From: Flavobacteriales bacterium
GTDB lineage: Bacteria > Bacteroidota > Bacteroidia > Flavobacteriales_D > CAJJDF01
Direction: 5' to 3'
Length of the DNA stretch: 64,000 nt
Assembly: GCA_965660305.1 (NCBI GenBank)
Contig: CBFHZD010000001.1
Span: 115,040 to 179,039, forward strand
Below are positions 17,859-29,039 of the stretch, in pieces. A program made the position numbers and the translations under genes. Positions within the stretch are counted from its first letter, which is position 1, and the number at the start of each line of letters is the position of its first letter. The notes under the pieces were generated by a model. It saw nothing but the letters and a program-made list of their open reading frames with translations, was not told where the DNA came from and did no database searches.

Positions 17859-20009
17859 ATGAACATTATTACAAAAAAGATGAATCTACCTGATGGTAGA
17901 GAAATTACAATTCAAACTGGAAAACTAGCAAAGCAATCTGACGGAGCTGTTGAAGTAAGAATTGGAAACACGGTATTATTAGCAACAGCTGTCTCTGCAA
18001 AAGAAGCAAAAGATGGTGTTGATTTTATGCCATTGACAATTGATTATAGAGAAAAATATGCTGCTGCTGGAAAATTCCCAGGTGGATTTTTCAAGAGAGA
18101 AGCAAGACCTTCTGAATACGAAATATTGACAATGAGATTGGTGGATAGAGCACTTCGTCCTCTTTTCCCAGAAGATTATCACGCTGATACTCAAGTGATG
18201 ATTCAATTATTATCTGCTGACGAAAACATGGCAGATTCTGTAGCTTGCTTGGCTGCATCCGCGGCACTTGCTTGTTCAGATATTCCTTTCGAAACTCCAG
18301 TTTCTGAAGTAAGAATTTCTAGGGTAAATGGTGAGTTCGTAATCAATCCGACATACGAACAAAACGCTATTGCTGACATAGACATGGTAATTGCTGGAAC
18401 AAAAGACAGCATTATGATGGTAGAAGGTGAAATGAAAGAAATTTCTGAAGCTGAAATGATTGACGCAATTAAAACTGCTCATGATGTAATCAAAGAGCAG
18501 TGTGCAATTATGGCCGAGTTCACTAAAGAATTAGGTAAAGAAACAAAAAGAGAATACTCTCATGAGACTCATGACGCTGAGGTTGAAGCAAAAATCAAAG
18601 CATTTGTAAACGACAAATGTGAAGCTATCGCAAGAGAAGGTCATGCTGACAAAGAATTGAGAGGAAAATTATTCGGAGAAGTGAAACAAGAATACATTGA
18701 TTCATTAAGCGAAGAAGAATTAGAAGCTGAAAAGCCTTTTATTGGAATCTACTTCAAAAAAGCACAAAAAGCAGCTGTAAGAAATGTAATCTTGAATGAA
18801 AAGAAAAGATTAGACGGAAGACAGACGACTGAAATCAGACCAATTTGGAGTGAAGTAAATTACTTACCATCTTGTCACGGATCGGCTGTGTTTACAAGAG
18901 GTGAAACTCAATCGCTTACTACACTTACTTTGGGTGGTAAAAAAGATGAGCAAAAATTTGACGGAGCTGTTGAAGAAAAAACTCAAAACTTTACCCTTCA
19001 CTACAACTTCCCTCCATTCTCTACGGGAGAAGCAAGACCTCTTAGAGGAACTTCGAGAAGAGAAGTAGGACACGGAAACTTAGCTCAGAGAGCATTGAAG
19101 CAGGTAATCCCAACAGATCCAAACGTAAACCCATATACAATTAGATTGGTGTCTGAAATTTTAGAATCTAATGGTTCTTCTTCTATGGCGTCAGTGTGTG
19201 CGGGTTCACTTGCCTTGATGGATGGTGGTATTAAAATTACGAATCCAGTATCTGGAATCGCAATGGGACTTATCATGGATGAAAACGGGAAATATGCTGT
19301 ATTGTCTGACATCCTAGGAGATGAAGATCACCTTGGAGATATGGACTTTAAAGTTACTGGAACTGAAAATGGAATTACGGCTTGCCAAATGGACATTAAA
19401 GTAAAAGGACTTTCTTACGAAGTATTGACGGAAGCACTTGACCAAGCTCGAAACGGAAGAGCTCATATTTTAGGAGAAATGATGAAAACAATTTCTAAGC
19501 CTAATGAAGATTACAAAGAGCATACGCCAAGAATTAAGAGCTTGATTATTCCTGCAGACAAAATTGGAGCAGTAATAGGTTCAGGTGGAAAGGTAATTCA
19601 AGAACTACAAGCTGAAACAAACTCAGAAATCAGTATCGATGAAAATCCAGATGGAGAAACTGCTACAGTTTCTGTATTGACAAATGACGGTGCTGGAATG
19701 GCATTAGCTCTTGAAAAAATTGACCTAATTGTTAACCCTCCACAAATTGAGGTTGGTGAGACATATACAGGTGCAGTGAAATCTATCAAAGAATTTGGAT
19801 GCTTCGTAGAGGTTGTTCCTGGACAAGATGGATTAATCCATATTTCTGAATTGGATTGGAACAAAACTGAAAAAGTAGAAGATGTTGTTTCCGTTGGTGA
19901 CATGGTCACCTTTAAAGTAACAGGATTTGATCCAAAGAAAAGAAAACATAAATTATCAAGAAAAATTTTGTTACCAAGACCTGAAAAAACTGAAAAGAAA
20001 GAAGGTTAA
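17859..20009 (+). CDS. pnp: Polyribonucleotide nucleotidyltransferase (PNPase)
   Basis: 716 aa with two RNase PH-like domains, a KH domain ([11 protein letters not shown]) and an S1 domain ([18 protein letters not shown]). Confidence 0.95.
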   Translation: MNIITKKMNLPDGREITIQTGKLAKQSDGAVEVRIGNTVLLATAVSAKEAKDGVDFMPLTIDYREKYAAAGKFPGGFFKREARPSEYEILTMRLVDRALRPLFPEDYHADTQVMIQLLSADENMADSVACLAASAALACSDIPFETPVSEVRISRVNGEFVINPTYEQNAIADIDMVIAGTKDSIMMVEGEMKEISEAEMIDAIKTAHDVIKEQCAIMAEFTKELGKETKREYSHETHDAEVEAKIKAFVNDKCEAIAREGHADKELRGKLFGEVKQEYIDSLSEEELEAEKPFIGIYFKKAQKAAVRNVILNEKKRLDGRQTTEIRPIWSEVNYLPSCHGSAVFTRGETQSLTTLTLGGKKDEQKFDGAVEEKTQNFTLHYNFPPFSTGEARPLRGTSRREVGHGNLAQRALKQVIPTDPNVNPYTIRLVSEILESNGSSSMASVCAGSLALMDGGIKITNPVSGIAMGLIMDENGKYAVLSDILGDEDHLGDMDFKVTGTENGITACQMDIKVKGLSYEVLTEALDQARNGRAHILGEMMKTISKPNEDYKEHTPRIKSLIIPADKIGAVIGSGGKVIQELQAETNSEISIDENPDGETATVSVLTNDGAGMALALEKIDLIVNPPQIEVGETYTGAVKSIKEFGCFVEVVPGQDGLIHISELDWNKTEKVEDVVSVGDMVTFKVTGFDPKKRKHKLSRKILLPRPEKTEKKEG

Positions 20010-20036
20010 GCCAACAAAAACGTAATAAATAAACTG

Positions 20037-20069
20037 AACCCCGTTGAAGCGACTCATCGGGGTTTTTTA
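20037..20069 (+). terminator. Rho-independent terminator after pnp
   Basis: Stem AACCCCG / CGGGGTT followed by a T-run. Confidence 0.7.
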
Positions 20070-20317
20070 TGTGCTTTTTATTTTTTGTTTAAATATTTTA
20101 ATCTTTTATTAAACATTTTGTTTGGTGTTTATTTTTCTTTTGTCTAACTTTATATCGCAAAAGATAAACAAAACCTTTAAATCGATTTAGGAACCGATAA
20201 CTAACTGGAAGTGTTAAAACATGTTAATCATGAATAAAACGCGTAACAAAAAAGAAACTCACTCGTTCAATATTTAAAGGCAGCGAATCCGATACCGAAC
20301 AATTAAAACCTACGACC

Positions 20318-21184
20318 ATGAGACAGCTAAAAATTACCAAACAAATTACCAACAGAGAAACACAATCTCTGGATAAGTATTTATTAGAGATTAGCAAGTA
20401 TGATTTGATTACAGCTGAGGAAGAAGTGGAGCTAGCTGCAAGAATAAGAGAAGGCGATCAAAATGCTTTACAGAGATTGACTAAAGCAAATCTAAGGTTT
20501 GTAATTTCTGTATCCAAGCAATATCAAAATCAAGGACTTTCTTTATCTGATTTGATAAATGAAGGAAACCTAGGACTCATAAAGGCAGCTCAGCGTTTTG
20601 ATGAGAAAAGAGGATTTAAGTTCATCTCATACGCAGTGTGGTGGATTCGCCAATCCATTCTTCAGGCTATTGCGGAACATGCAAGAATTGTAAGGTTACC
20701 ATTGAATAAAATTGGTACCATTAATAAAATAAACAAAACCTTTTCTTCTCTTGAACAAGAATTTGAAAGAACACCTTCAGTAAGTGAAGTAGCCGAAAAT
20801 TTAGAGGTAAGTGAAAAAGAAGTAAAGAAAGCCCAACATATTTCGGGAAGACATGTTTCTATGGATGCACCACTTGGAGCAGACAGCGAAAATGATATGT
20901 ACGAGGTATTCGCCTCAAAAGACAGTGAAATTGCTCATGAAGATGATTTACTTGAAGGTTCTTTGAATGATGAAATAGGTAGAATTTTAGAAACACTTGC
21001 ACCGCGAGAAGCAGACATCATCAAATTGTATTTTGGTATTGGACAATCTTATCCCCTAACACTTGAGGAAATCGGAGATAAATTTGACCTAACAAGAGAA
21101 AGGGTGAGACAACTGAAAGAAAAAGGACTAAGAAAACTAAAACAAAAATCACGAAGTAAACTATTGCAAAGCTACTTAGGATAA
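20318..21184 (+). CDS. rpoD: RNA polymerase primary sigma factor (short Bacteroidota sigma-A type)
   Basis: 288 aa. Region 2 ([22 protein letters not shown]) and region 4.2 ([24 protein letters not shown]) are present. Confidence 0.9.
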   Translation: MRQLKITKQITNRETQSLDKYLLEISKYDLITAEEEVELAARIREGDQNALQRLTKANLRFVISVSKQYQNQGLSLSDLINEGNLGLIKAAQRFDEKRGFKFISYAVWWIRQSILQAIAEHARIVRLPLNKIGTINKINKTFSSLEQEFERTPSVSEVAENLEVSEKEVKKAQHISGRHVSMDAPLGADSENDMYEVFASKDSEIAHEDDLLEGSLNDEIGRILETLAPREADIIKLYFGIGQSYPLTLEEIGDKFDLTRERVRQLKEKGLRKLKQKSRSKLLQSYLG

Positions 21185-21269
21185 TTTTTATTGTTTTGAG
21201 AATTGAGTAAAAAAGAAATATAATGTACTTCCTTTTAAAGGAACTACAAATTCTAAGCTAAGCTTTCAA

Positions 21270-21299
21270 CCACCGACCAAAAAGTCGGTGGTTTTTTTA
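21270..21299 (+). terminator. Rho-independent terminator after rpoD
   Basis: CCACCGAC-caaaaa-GTCGGTGG followed by T7. Confidence 0.8.
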
Positions 21300-21379
21300 T
21301 GCAAAACAATTTCAGAGAAGACAGAGAGGATGAAATAACATTTTTTATTAACTTCAACCTCACTAAAAAACTATCTAAC

Positions 21380-21841
21380 ATGAACGAAACAATTCTTGAC
21401 GACACACACAACGACAGTAACCATTCACTCACACAGGCTTCTATTTCCTATTTGAAGGAAACAGCCAAATGGTGTCAATTTCTCTCCATAATTGGTTTTA
21501 TTTTTCTTGGTTTTATTTTATTGGGAGCCCTAGGAATGATAATTTTCGGAAGTGCCGTAAATTCATCCCTTGCCGCTTCACAAGCCTACGGTGGAGGATT
21601 TCCTTTCCCTACAACTTTAGTTGCAGTGTTATACCTCGTAGTTGGAGTTCTGTATTTTTTTCCAATTTATTACTTGTTTAACTTTGCTACTAAAATGAGA
21701 AGAGCAACATTTTCGGGAGGAAGTCAAGAGATAGAGGAAGCTTTTAAGAACTTAAAAAGTCATTATAAATTTGTAGGAATTTTTACAATCATTATGCTAT
21801 CTATTTATGTTTTAATCTTCTTATTCGGTTTAATGCTGTAA
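21380..21841 (+). CDS. Small polytopic membrane protein (possibly DUF5362-like), start moved to internal ATG
   Basis: The track ORF starts at 21299 inside the rpoD terminator. The ATG at 21380 (MNETILDD) gives about 153 aa with three hydrophobic segments. Confidence 0.55.
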   Translation: MNETILDDTHNDSNHSLTQASISYLKETAKWCQFLSIIGFIFLGFILLGALGMIIFGSAVNSSLAASQAYGGGFPFPTTLVAVLYLVVGVLYFFPIYYLFNFATKMRRATFSGGSQEIEEAFKNLKSHYKFVGIFTIIMLSIYVLIFLFGLML

Positions 21842-21871
21842 AATGAACTCTTAAAAAAAACTAATTTTTAT

Positions 21872-21901
21872 AAGCGATTCACATGAATCGCTTTTTTTTT
21901 G
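21872..21901 (+). terminator. Rho-independent terminator
   Basis: AAGCGATTC-acat-GAATCGCTT followed by T9. Confidence 0.8.
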
Positions 21902-21909
21902 AATCAAAC

Positions 21910-21923
21910 GTGATAATTATCAC
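21910..21923. promoter_or_regulatory. Perfect 14-bp palindrome GTGATAATTATCAC (TGAT-N4-ATCA) upstream of icd
   Basis: Self-complementary 14-mer ending 97 bp upstream of the icd ATG. Its core is identical in form to the box at 1779-1792. Confidence 0.4.
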
Positions 21924-22019
21924 ATAAAGAATTTTTAATCAAGTCATAAAAAACTTAAATAATTCTTAAATTTACATTTATATCACAACAGAATAATAAA
22001 CAAAGATCTCGATTCACAA

Positions 22020-24245
22020 ATGGCAAAAAAAGCAACCATCATTTACACCAAAACAGATGAAGCGCCTGCATTGGCAACTCATTCATTCTTACCAATTGCT
22101 CAGGCATTCGTAAAAAACTCTAACATACAAATGGAAACTAAGGACATTTCCTTGGCAGCAAGAATTCTAGCTCTATTTCCAGACAGATTGAATGACAACC
22201 AAAAAGTAGAAGATGCTTTAGCAACTCTGGGAAAATTAGTAAAACAACCTGAAGCAAACATCATTAAACTGCCCAATATCAGTGCTTCGGTACCTCAACT
22301 GAAAGCTGCTATCAAAGAATTGCAACATGCGGGGTTCGATATACCTGATTTCCCTGAAGAAATCAAAAATGAAGAAGACAAAAAGACTTTAGCCCTTTAT
22401 AACAAAGTAAAAGGAAGTGCGGTAAACCCAGTTTTAAGAGAAGGAAACTCGGACCGAAGAGCTCCAAAAGCCGTCAAAGAATACGCGAGAAATAATCCCC
22501 ACTCAATGGGAGCTTGGAGCAAAGAATCAAAAACTCATGTAGCCAGTATGACTGAGGGAGATTTTTACGGAAGTGAAAAATCCATGACATTTTCTCAAGA
22601 AGATGCTTTAACCATTAATTTCACCTCTACCTCGGGAGAAAAAACAGTTTTAAAAACCGCCTTCCCAATTCAAAAGGATGAAGTTGTAGATGCCGCATTG
22701 TTGAGTAAAAAGTCTCTGGTCTCATTCATAGAAAAAGAAATAAAAGACGCTAAAGATTCAGGGGTGTTATTTTCAGTTCACCTGAAAGCCACTATGATGA
22801 AAGTTTCGGACCCCATTATTTTTGGTCATGTAGTTCGGACATTTTTAAAACCAGTTTTCGATAAACATCAAACCACTTTTGATGAGATTGGAGTAAATGT
22901 AAATAACGGGTACGGAAATTTATTGAGTAACCTCGATGAAGTTTCGGCAGAAAAAAGAGCAGAAATCGAAGTCGATTTGAAATCGGCTTTCGAAAACGGT
23001 CCTTCGTTAGCCATGGTGAATTCTGACAAAGGAATTACCAACTTACACGTACCAAGTGATGTAATTATTGATGCTTCGATGCCTGCCATGATAAGGACTT
23101 CGGGACAAATGTGGAATGCTGAAGGAAACTCGCAGGATACCAAAGCTTTAATTCCGGACAGATCGTATGCTGGCGTGTATCAGACAACAATTAATTTCTG
23201 TAGAGAAAATGGTGCCTTAGACCCTGTGACTATGGGTTCTGTATCTAATGTAGGATTAATGGCACAAAAAGCACAGGAATACGGCTCACACGACAAAACA
23301 TTCGAAATGTCAGCAAATGGAATTGTTACTGTGGTAAATCAAGCTGGAGAAACCGTGTTTGAATTTACGGTTGAAGAAGGAGATATTTTCAGAATGTGCC
23401 AAGTGAAAGATGCACCAATACAAGACTGGGTGAAACTAGCTGTGAAAAGAGCTACTGCAACTGGCGTTCCTGCCATTTTTTGGTTGGATAGCAACAGAGC
23501 ACACGACACTCAATTAATCAAAAAGGTAAATCTGTATTTAAAAGATCACAATACGAACGGATTAGATATTCAAATCATGTCTCCGGTTGAGGCCACAAAC
23601 TTTTCATTAAAAAGAATTGTAAAAGGAGAAGATACGATCTCTGTCACTGGAAACGTATTGAGAGATTACCTCACTGATTTATTTCCAATCTTAGAAGTAG
23701 GTACTTCTGCGAAAATGTTATCTATTGTTCCTTTGATGAACGGTGGAGGTCTTTTTGAAACTGGTGCCGGAGGTTCTGCTCCAAAGCATGTGCAACAATT
23801 CAATGAAGAAAACCACCTGAGATGGGACTCTTTGGGAGAGTTCTTGGCGTTTGCAGTTTCTTTAAATCACCTGGGTGAGTATGCCGATAATGCCAAAGCA
23901 ATTATTCTGGGTGACACTTTAGACAATGCCACTTCAAAATTATTGGCAAATAGGAAATCGCCTTCTAGAAAAGTAAACGAATTGGATAATCGAGGCTCTC
24001 ACTTTTACCTAGCCATGTATTGGGCTCAAGAATTGGCAAATCAAAACGACAATGCCGAATTAAAAGCAGAATTTACAACCATAGCAGAGAAATTAACAGC
24101 AAATGAAACTGCAATTGTAAACGAATTGAACAACGTGCAAGGAGCAGCTGTGGACACAAAGGGTTACTATTATCCAAACGATGAAATCACAGGAAAAGCA
24201 ATGAGGCCAAGTGCTACCTTGAACGGAATTTTAGCTGAGATTTAA
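22020..24245 (+). CDS. icd: Monomeric NADP-dependent isocitrate dehydrogenase
   Basis: 741 aa. The N-terminus [23 protein letters not shown] and the overall length are typical of the monomeric IDH family. Confidence 0.9.
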   Translation: MAKKATIIYTKTDEAPALATHSFLPIAQAFVKNSNIQMETKDISLAARILALFPDRLNDNQKVEDALATLGKLVKQPEANIIKLPNISASVPQLKAAIKELQHAGFDIPDFPEEIKNEEDKKTLALYNKVKGSAVNPVLREGNSDRRAPKAVKEYARNNPHSMGAWSKESKTHVASMTEGDFYGSEKSMTFSQEDALTINFTSTSGEKTVLKTAFPIQKDEVVDAALLSKKSLVSFIEKEIKDAKDSGVLFSVHLKATMMKVSDPIIFGHVVRTFLKPVFDKHQTTFDEIGVNVNNGYGNLLSNLDEVSAEKRAEIEVDLKSAFENGPSLAMVNSDKGITNLHVPSDVIIDASMPAMIRTSGQMWNAEGNSQDTKALIPDRSYAGVYQTTINFCRENGALDPVTMGSVSNVGLMAQKAQEYGSHDKTFEMSANGIVTVVNQAGETVFEFTVEEGDIFRMCQVKDAPIQDWVKLAVKRATATGVPAIFWLDSNRAHDTQLIKKVNLYLKDHNTNGLDIQIMSPVEATNFSLKRIVKGEDTISVTGNVLRDYLTDLFPILEVGTSAKMLSIVPLMNGGGLFETGAGGSAPKHVQQFNEENHLRWDSLGEFLAFAVSLNHLGEYADNAKAIILGDTLDNATSKLLANRKSPSRKVNELDNRGSHFYLAMYWAQELANQNDNAELKAEFTTIAEKLTANETAIVNELNNVQGAAVDTKGYYYPNDEITGKAMRPSATLNGILAEI

Positions 24246-24284
24246 GCTACTCATAAACTCTAAAAATAGAGAATCAGCTTTCAT

Positions 24285-24324
24285 AAAAAAACCTCTGGAA
24301 ATTAATTTCCAGAGGTTTTTTTTT
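24285..24324. terminator. Bidirectional terminator between icd and the convergent gene
   Basis: A7-CCTCTGGAAATT/AATTTCCAGAGG-T9: a perfect 24-bp palindrome flanked by an A-run and a T-run. Confidence 0.85.
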
Positions 24325-24373
24325 ATTGATTTTTCTTTTTGTGATAAAACTAAAGAAACCTTATAACTTCAAA

Positions 24374-25552
24374 TTACTTTCTTCTGAATTTTTGACTGAG
24401 GTCATAAACCGTCTCAAGGATTTCTAAATCATCCTCCGTCAAAGAAATGTTCCTTCTTTCCATCACTCTTTTTGCCGTATCCATCGCTTTTTCAAATTTG
24501 TACTCCAATGGTTTTCTTCCACCCCAAGAATAGGACGGAATGAATTTAGATGGAAAATCAGCACCATAAATATTGGCACTTACACCCACCACCGTTCCTG
24601 TATTGAACATTGTATTTATCGCAGATTTAGAATGATCTCCCATAATTAATCCGCAAAATTGAAGTTCTGTATCTACGTATTTTCCTTCAGGATAATTGTA
24701 GATATCCACGGATTGATAATTGTTTTTGAGGTTAGAATTGTTTGTGTCTGCTCCCAAATTACACCATTCACCAAGTACGGCATTCCCCAAAAAACCGTCA
24801 TGACCTTTGTTGGAATACCCCTGAATCATGCAGTTATTTACCTCTCCGCCTACCTTAGAAAATGGACCAATTGTGGTGGCACCGTAAATTTTAGCACCCA
24901 TTTTCACCACTCCATTTTCACAAACAGCAATAGGACCTCTCAGTATGCTACCTTCCATTACCTCTGCTCCTTTTGCGATGTATATGGGGCCAGTAGTTGT
25001 ATTAAGAATTGCACATTCAACTTTCGCACCTTCTTCTATGTAAATTTCATCACCCAAAACTTGGTTGGTCTCCGATGGCTCAATGAATGTTTTTTCTGAT
25101 TTAATCAGTTCGAGATCTGCTCTAATGGCCGCATCATTTAGTTTGAATAAATCCCATACATTTTCTATTTGCAAAAACTCAGCTTTGGTTTCCACAACTT
25201 TATATTCAGACAATTCTTCATCCAAATTTTCTGAATTTAGAGGGAGTGGATTTATCGCAATCACTTTTCCCTTTGAGGTAAGGATTTGTTTGTTTTTCAG
25301 TTCTAGTAGGCTACTCATCAAATCATCTGAAGGCAGAATTGACCCATTGATTCCTATAGAATTTTCTTGAGTAGGTGAACCAAATTTCTTTGCCAAATAG
25401 TCCTGAGTCTTTATTTGAATCGGATTTTCAATGTACTCTTGCCATTTTTCTTTTATGGTCAAAATCCCAATTCTCAACTCACAAACTGGACGCGTATAGG
25501 TAAGGGGAAGTAAGTTTTTGTGGTACATCCCATCAAATAAAATGATATTCAT
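24374..25552 (-). CDS. GlmU-like putative sugar-nucleotidyltransferase / left-handed beta-helix protein
   Basis: 392 aa. The C-terminal half has hexapeptide-repeat character (IGPFSKVGGEVNN, LGEWCNLGADTNNSN). Confidence 0.6.
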   Translation of the reverse strand: MNIILFDGMYHKNLLPLTYTRPVCELRIGILTIKEKWQEYIENPIQIKTQDYLAKKFGSPTQENSIGINGSILPSDDLMSSLLELKNKQILTSKGKVIAINPLPLNSENLDEELSEYKVVETKAEFLQIENVWDLFKLNDAAIRADLELIKSEKTFIEPSETNQVLGDEIYIEEGAKVECAILNTTTGPIYIAKGAEVMEGSILRGPIAVCENGVVKMGAKIYGATTIGPFSKVGGEVNNCMIQGYSNKGHDGFLGNAVLGEWCNLGADTNNSNLKNNYQSVDIYNYPEGKYVDTELQFCGLIMGDHSKSAINTMFNTGTVVGVSANIYGADFPSKFIPSYSWGGRKPLEYKFEKAMDTAKRVMERRNISLTEDDLEILETVYDLSQKFRRK

Positions 25553-25566
25553 AGCTCTATCTATTT

Positions 25567-26373
25567 TTATGCCATCAAACTGGCCATTTCTTGTTGAATT
25601 TCTTTAGCTTTCTCTCCTGCTTTTTCTGCAAAATCTACTTCATTTCCTGCGTATATTATTCCTCTCGAAGAGTTTACAAGCAATCCACAATCTTTTGTCA
25701 TTCCGTATTTTACTACTTGAGACAAACTGCCTCCTTGAGCTCCCACTCCTGGAACTAATAAAAAATGATTAGGAATAATTTTTCTTATATCTGCCAACAT
25801 TTCTGGGCGAGTGGCTCCTACTACATACATCATGTTTTCCTCGGTTCCCCATTCTTTGGAGGTAGAAAGTACGTTTTCAAACACGTATTCTCCACTTTCT
25901 AGCTTTTGCAATTCAAAATCGTCTGCTCCTTTGTTAGAAGTTAAAGCCAATACAATTGCCCATTTATTCTTTTGTTGCAAATAAGGCTGAACCGAATCAC
26001 TTCCCATGTAGGGTGCCACCGTTACCGAATCAAACTTATACGTATCAAAAAATGTATTAGCATAATACAAACTGGTATTTCCAATGTCTCCTCTTTTTGC
26101 ATCTGCAATGGTAAAATGAGTATTTGGTATGTAATCAATCGTTTTTTGGAGACTTGCCCAACCTTTTTCTCCTAACATTTCGTAAAAAGCAATATTAGGC
26201 TTGTAGGCCACACAAAATTCTTTGGTAGCGTCAATGATTTGCTTGTTGAATTCAAAAATTGGATCTTCCGTTTCTAATAAATGAGTAGGAATTTTTGCCA
26301 AATCTGTATCTAATCCAACACACAAGAAGGATTTTTTTTGCTTGATTTGCGTTACTAATTCTTGGTAGTTCAT
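25567..26373 (-). CDS. pyrF: Orotidine-5'-phosphate decarboxylase (long type 2)
   Basis: 268 aa with [20 protein letters not shown] and PGVGAQGG motifs. Confidence 0.9.
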   Translation of the reverse strand: MNYQELVTQIKQKKSFLCVGLDTDLAKIPTHLLETEDPIFEFNKQIIDATKEFCVAYKPNIAFYEMLGEKGWASLQKTIDYIPNTHFTIADAKRGDIGNTSLYYANTFFDTYKFDSVTVAPYMGSDSVQPYLQQKNKWAIVLALTSNKGADDFELQKLESGEYVFENVLSTSKEWGTEENMMYVVGATRPEMLADIRKIIPNHFLLVPGVGAQGGSLSQVVKYGMTKDCGLLVNSSRGIIYAGNEVDFAEKAGEKAKEIQQEMASLMA

Positions 26374-26435
26374 AGTTTGGTAGTTGCTAGTCTTTGGTAA
26401 AAGTCCTTAAATATTTGACAAGGTCTGAAGACTAA

Positions 26436-27518
26436 TTAAGCCTCAGCCCCTTCTTTCATTCTTTCCGCATTGTCAGCCATTTTCAATGCTTCTGAAATTT
26501 CGGCAATATCTCCATCAATAATATTTGATAGATTGTAGAGAGTCAAGTTTATTCGGTGGTCCGTAACTCTTCCTTGTGGGTAATTATAGGTTCTTATTTT
26601 CGCAGAACGGTCGCTAGATGAAACTAAGGATTTTCTGTTCGCGGCATCATTTTCTAATTTCTTTTGTAGCTCTACCTCATAAATTCTTGACCTCAACACA
26701 GACAAGGCTTTGTCGTAGTTCTTTAGTTTTGATTTTTGATCCTGACACTGAGCCACAATTCCTGTTGGGATGTGAGTCAATCTAATTGCAGAGTAGGTAG
26801 TATTTACCGATTGTCCTCCAGGTCCTGACGAGCAATATGAATCTACTCTCAAATCTGCTTTTTTTACTTCTACATCAAATTCTTCGGCCTCGGGCAATAC
26901 AATTACCGCAGCGGCAGAGGTATGAACCCTTCCCTGAGTTTCAGTTTGCGGCACTCGCTGTACTCGATGAACCCCAGATTCGTATTTCATTTCTCCATAC
27001 ACATCGGCTCCATTTATTTCAAAAATTACTTCTTTAAAACCACCATTGGTTCCATCAGCAGTATCAACAATCTCAGTTTGCCAACCTTTACTTGAGGCAT
27101 ATTTTGTGTACATTCTGTACAAATCTCCAGCAAAAATACTGGCTTCGTCCCCACCAGCTCCAGCGCGTATTTCTACCACTACGTTTTTACCATCTTCAGG
27201 ATCTTTTGGTATGAGCAAAAGTTTTATTTCCTCATTCAATAACTCCAGTTCTTTTTCATTTTCTGAGAGTTCTTCTTTTGCCATTTCCACAAAATCAGGA
27301 TCAGTCTCAGTTTTTATAATCTCCTTGTTTGTTTCGATGTTTGAATTCAAGCTTTTCAACTTGTCCAATGCTTTAACCACATCTTCCAAATCTTTATATT
27401 CTTTTGTCAGTTTCACATATTGTTTCATGTCAGAGATTATCTCTGGATCCACAATTTTCTTTCCTACCTCTTCCCATCGCTCCTTAATGAGCTCCAACTT
27501 TGCTATTATGTTAGCCAT
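26436..27518 (-). CDS. prfA: Peptide chain release factor 1
   Basis: GGQ motif ([11 protein letters not shown]) and an RF1-type P-x-T tripeptide (PQT) are present. Uninterrupted frame. Confidence 0.93.
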   Translation of the reverse strand: MANIIAKLELIKERWEEVGKKIVDPEIISDMKQYVKLTKEYKDLEDVVKALDKLKSLNSNIETNKEIIKTETDPDFVEMAKEELSENEKELELLNEEIKLLLIPKDPEDGKNVVVEIRAGAGGDEASIFAGDLYRMYTKYASSKGWQTEIVDTADGTNGGFKEVIFEINGADVYGEMKYESGVHRVQRVPQTETQGRVHTSAAAVIVLPEAEEFDVEVKKADLRVDSYCSSGPGGQSVNTTYSAIRLTHIPTGIVAQCQDQKSKLKNYDKALSVLRSRIYEVELQKKLENDAANRKSLVSSSDRSAKIRTYNYPQGRVTDHRINLTLYNLSNIIDGDIAEISEALKMADNAERMKEGAEA

Positions 27519-27545
27519 TTTTTTATTTTTTTATTCTCGTTTTAT

Positions 27546-27574
27546 CCCTTCCTAGCTTTCCCAAAAAGGGAAGG
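27546..27574. repeat. GGGAAGG-type hairpin repeat (type B)
   Basis: CCCTTCC ... CTTTCCC-aaaaa-GGGAAGG. Related hairpins occur at 27702, 53734 and 53791. Confidence 0.6.
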
Positions 27575-27657
27575 AATATTCTCGTATTAGTCTTCTACTT
27601 TAGTTTATTTTAAGTCAAAAATCTCAGACTAACTTTAATTATCTTCTTTTTTCATCT

Positions 27658-27681
27658 GTCACCCTGAGCGGGGTCGAAGTG
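27658..27681. repeat. CTGAGC-NN-GGTCGAAGT repeat (type C)
   Basis: GTCACCCTGAGCGGGGTCGAAGTG. The same 17-mer frame recurs at 52797-52813 (CTGAGCATGGTCGAAGT). Confidence 0.6.
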
Positions 27682-27701
27682 TTTCCTGAAAATCCTTTGT
27701 T

Positions 27702-27730
27702 CCCTTCGCTTTGGGAAGGGTTAGGGATGG
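27702..27730. repeat. Type B hairpin repeat CCCTTC-N-GGGAAGGG-TT-AGGGATGG
   Basis: Near-duplicate of 53791-53820 (CCCTTCCC-tta-GGGAAGGG-GT-GGGGATGGG). Abuts the purM stop codon. Confidence 0.65.
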
Positions 27731-27733
27731 AAA

Positions 27734-28912
27734 TTAACTATAAACAAACTCCCCAAACTCTGACTTAATAGTCAATTGTTTTGAGTTTTCTTTTGAATTT
27801 AATTCTTCCACTCTTCCCACAATTTGCGCCTCAACACCAAAAGATGTCGAAATATCAATAATTGATTGAGCAACTTCTTGAGGAACATAAAGTTCCATTC
27901 TGTGCCCCATATTGAAAACCTTGTACATTTCTTCCCAGCTTGTACCAGACTCTTGTTGTATTAATTTAAAAAGAGGAGGTAATTCAAATAAGTTGTCCTT
28001 CACTACATGCACGTTATCACAAAAATGCAATACTTTTGTTTGGGCACCACCACTACAATGAATCATTCCATTGATTTGATTTCTATGATTGTCAAGAATT
28101 TTTTTAATAATCGGTGCGTAAGTTCGAGTTGGCGAAAGCACCAATTTACCTGCATCTATTGAACTCCCATCTACTGTATCTGTTAGTTGTTTACTTCCAA
28201 CATAAACTAAGTCTTTAGGCACATCAGGATCAAAACTTTCAGGGTATTTGTCAGCGAGGTATTTGTCAAATACATCATGACGAGCAGAAGTCAATCCATT
28301 ACTTCCCATTCCACCGTTATACTCGGTCTCGTATGTTGCTTGCCCAAATGAAGAAAGCCCAACAATTACATTACCCGGCTGTATGTTATTTTCGATAACA
28401 TCAGATCTTTTCATTCGGCAAGTCACCGTAGAATCAACAATAATCGTTCGAACCAAATCACCAACGTCAGCTGTTTCTCCACCAGTAGAATAAATGTTTA
28501 CTCCCCATTTTCTTAGGTCGGTTAGTAACTCTTCTGTTCCATTTATTATAGCCGAAAGGACTTCTCCAGTAATTAAGTTTTTATTTCTACCGATTGTTGA
28601 AGACAACAAAATGTTATCAGTGGCACCAATACATAGCAAATCATCAAGGTTCATTATAAGAGCATCTTGAGCAATTCCTTTCCAAACCGAAACATCTCCA
28701 GTTTCTTTCCAATACATGTAAGCCAATGATGATTTGGTTCCAGCTCCATCAGCATGCATCACAATGCAATACTCGTCATCATTGCCCAAGTGATCTGGTA
28801 CAACTTTGCAGAAAGCATTTGGAAACACTCCTTTATCTATATTTTTTATTGCAGCATGCACATCTTCTTTTGATGCTGACACTCCTCTTTGGTTGTATTT
28901 TACGTCTGCCAT
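27734..28912 (-). CDS. purM: Phosphoribosylformylglycinamidine cyclo-ligase (AIR synthase), long Bacteroidota form
   Basis: 392 aa with AIR-synthase-like N and C domains (HADGAGTK, STGGETADVGD, IHCSGGAQTK). Confidence 0.8.
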   Translation of the reverse strand: MADVKYNQRGVSASKEDVHAAIKNIDKGVFPNAFCKVVPDHLGNDDEYCIVMHADGAGTKSSLAYMYWKETGDVSVWKGIAQDALIMNLDDLLCIGATDNILLSSTIGRNKNLITGEVLSAIINGTEELLTDLRKWGVNIYSTGGETADVGDLVRTIIVDSTVTCRMKRSDVIENNIQPGNVIVGLSSFGQATYETEYNGGMGSNGLTSARHDVFDKYLADKYPESFDPDVPKDLVYVGSKQLTDTVDGSSIDAGKLVLSPTRTYAPIIKKILDNHRNQINGMIHCSGGAQTKVLHFCDNVHVVKDNLFELPPLFKLIQQESGTSWEEMYKVFNMGHRMELYVPQEVAQSIIDISTSFGVEAQIVGRVEELNSKENSKQLTIKSEFGEFVYS

Positions 28913-28986
28913 GAACGGTCCTATTATGTTTTATTTGCTTCAGCAAAAGTAAGGATAATTCGTTGAATCCTTTTCTTACGCTTGGT

Positions 28987-29019
28987 TAAAAAAAAAGCAC
29001 CCCAATTTCTTAGGGTGCT
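28987..29019 (-). terminator. Rho-independent terminator after the OmpA-family gene
   Basis: On the minus strand: AGCACCC-loop-GGGTGCT followed by T9. Confidence 0.7.
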
Positions 29020-29039
29020 TTGCATTTCAATTTATGTCT

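Noticed and set aside
26436-27518. Programmed frameshift in a release-factor gene
   Set aside because: The gene is RF1 (PQT tripeptide) with a single uninterrupted frame. The +1 frameshift is a feature of prfB, which is not in this window.
27046-27555. 169-aa plus-strand ORF antisense to prfA
   Set aside because: Ser/Phe-rich low-complexity product generated by the reverse complement of a Glu/Lys-rich gene. It lies entirely within the well-supported prfA.
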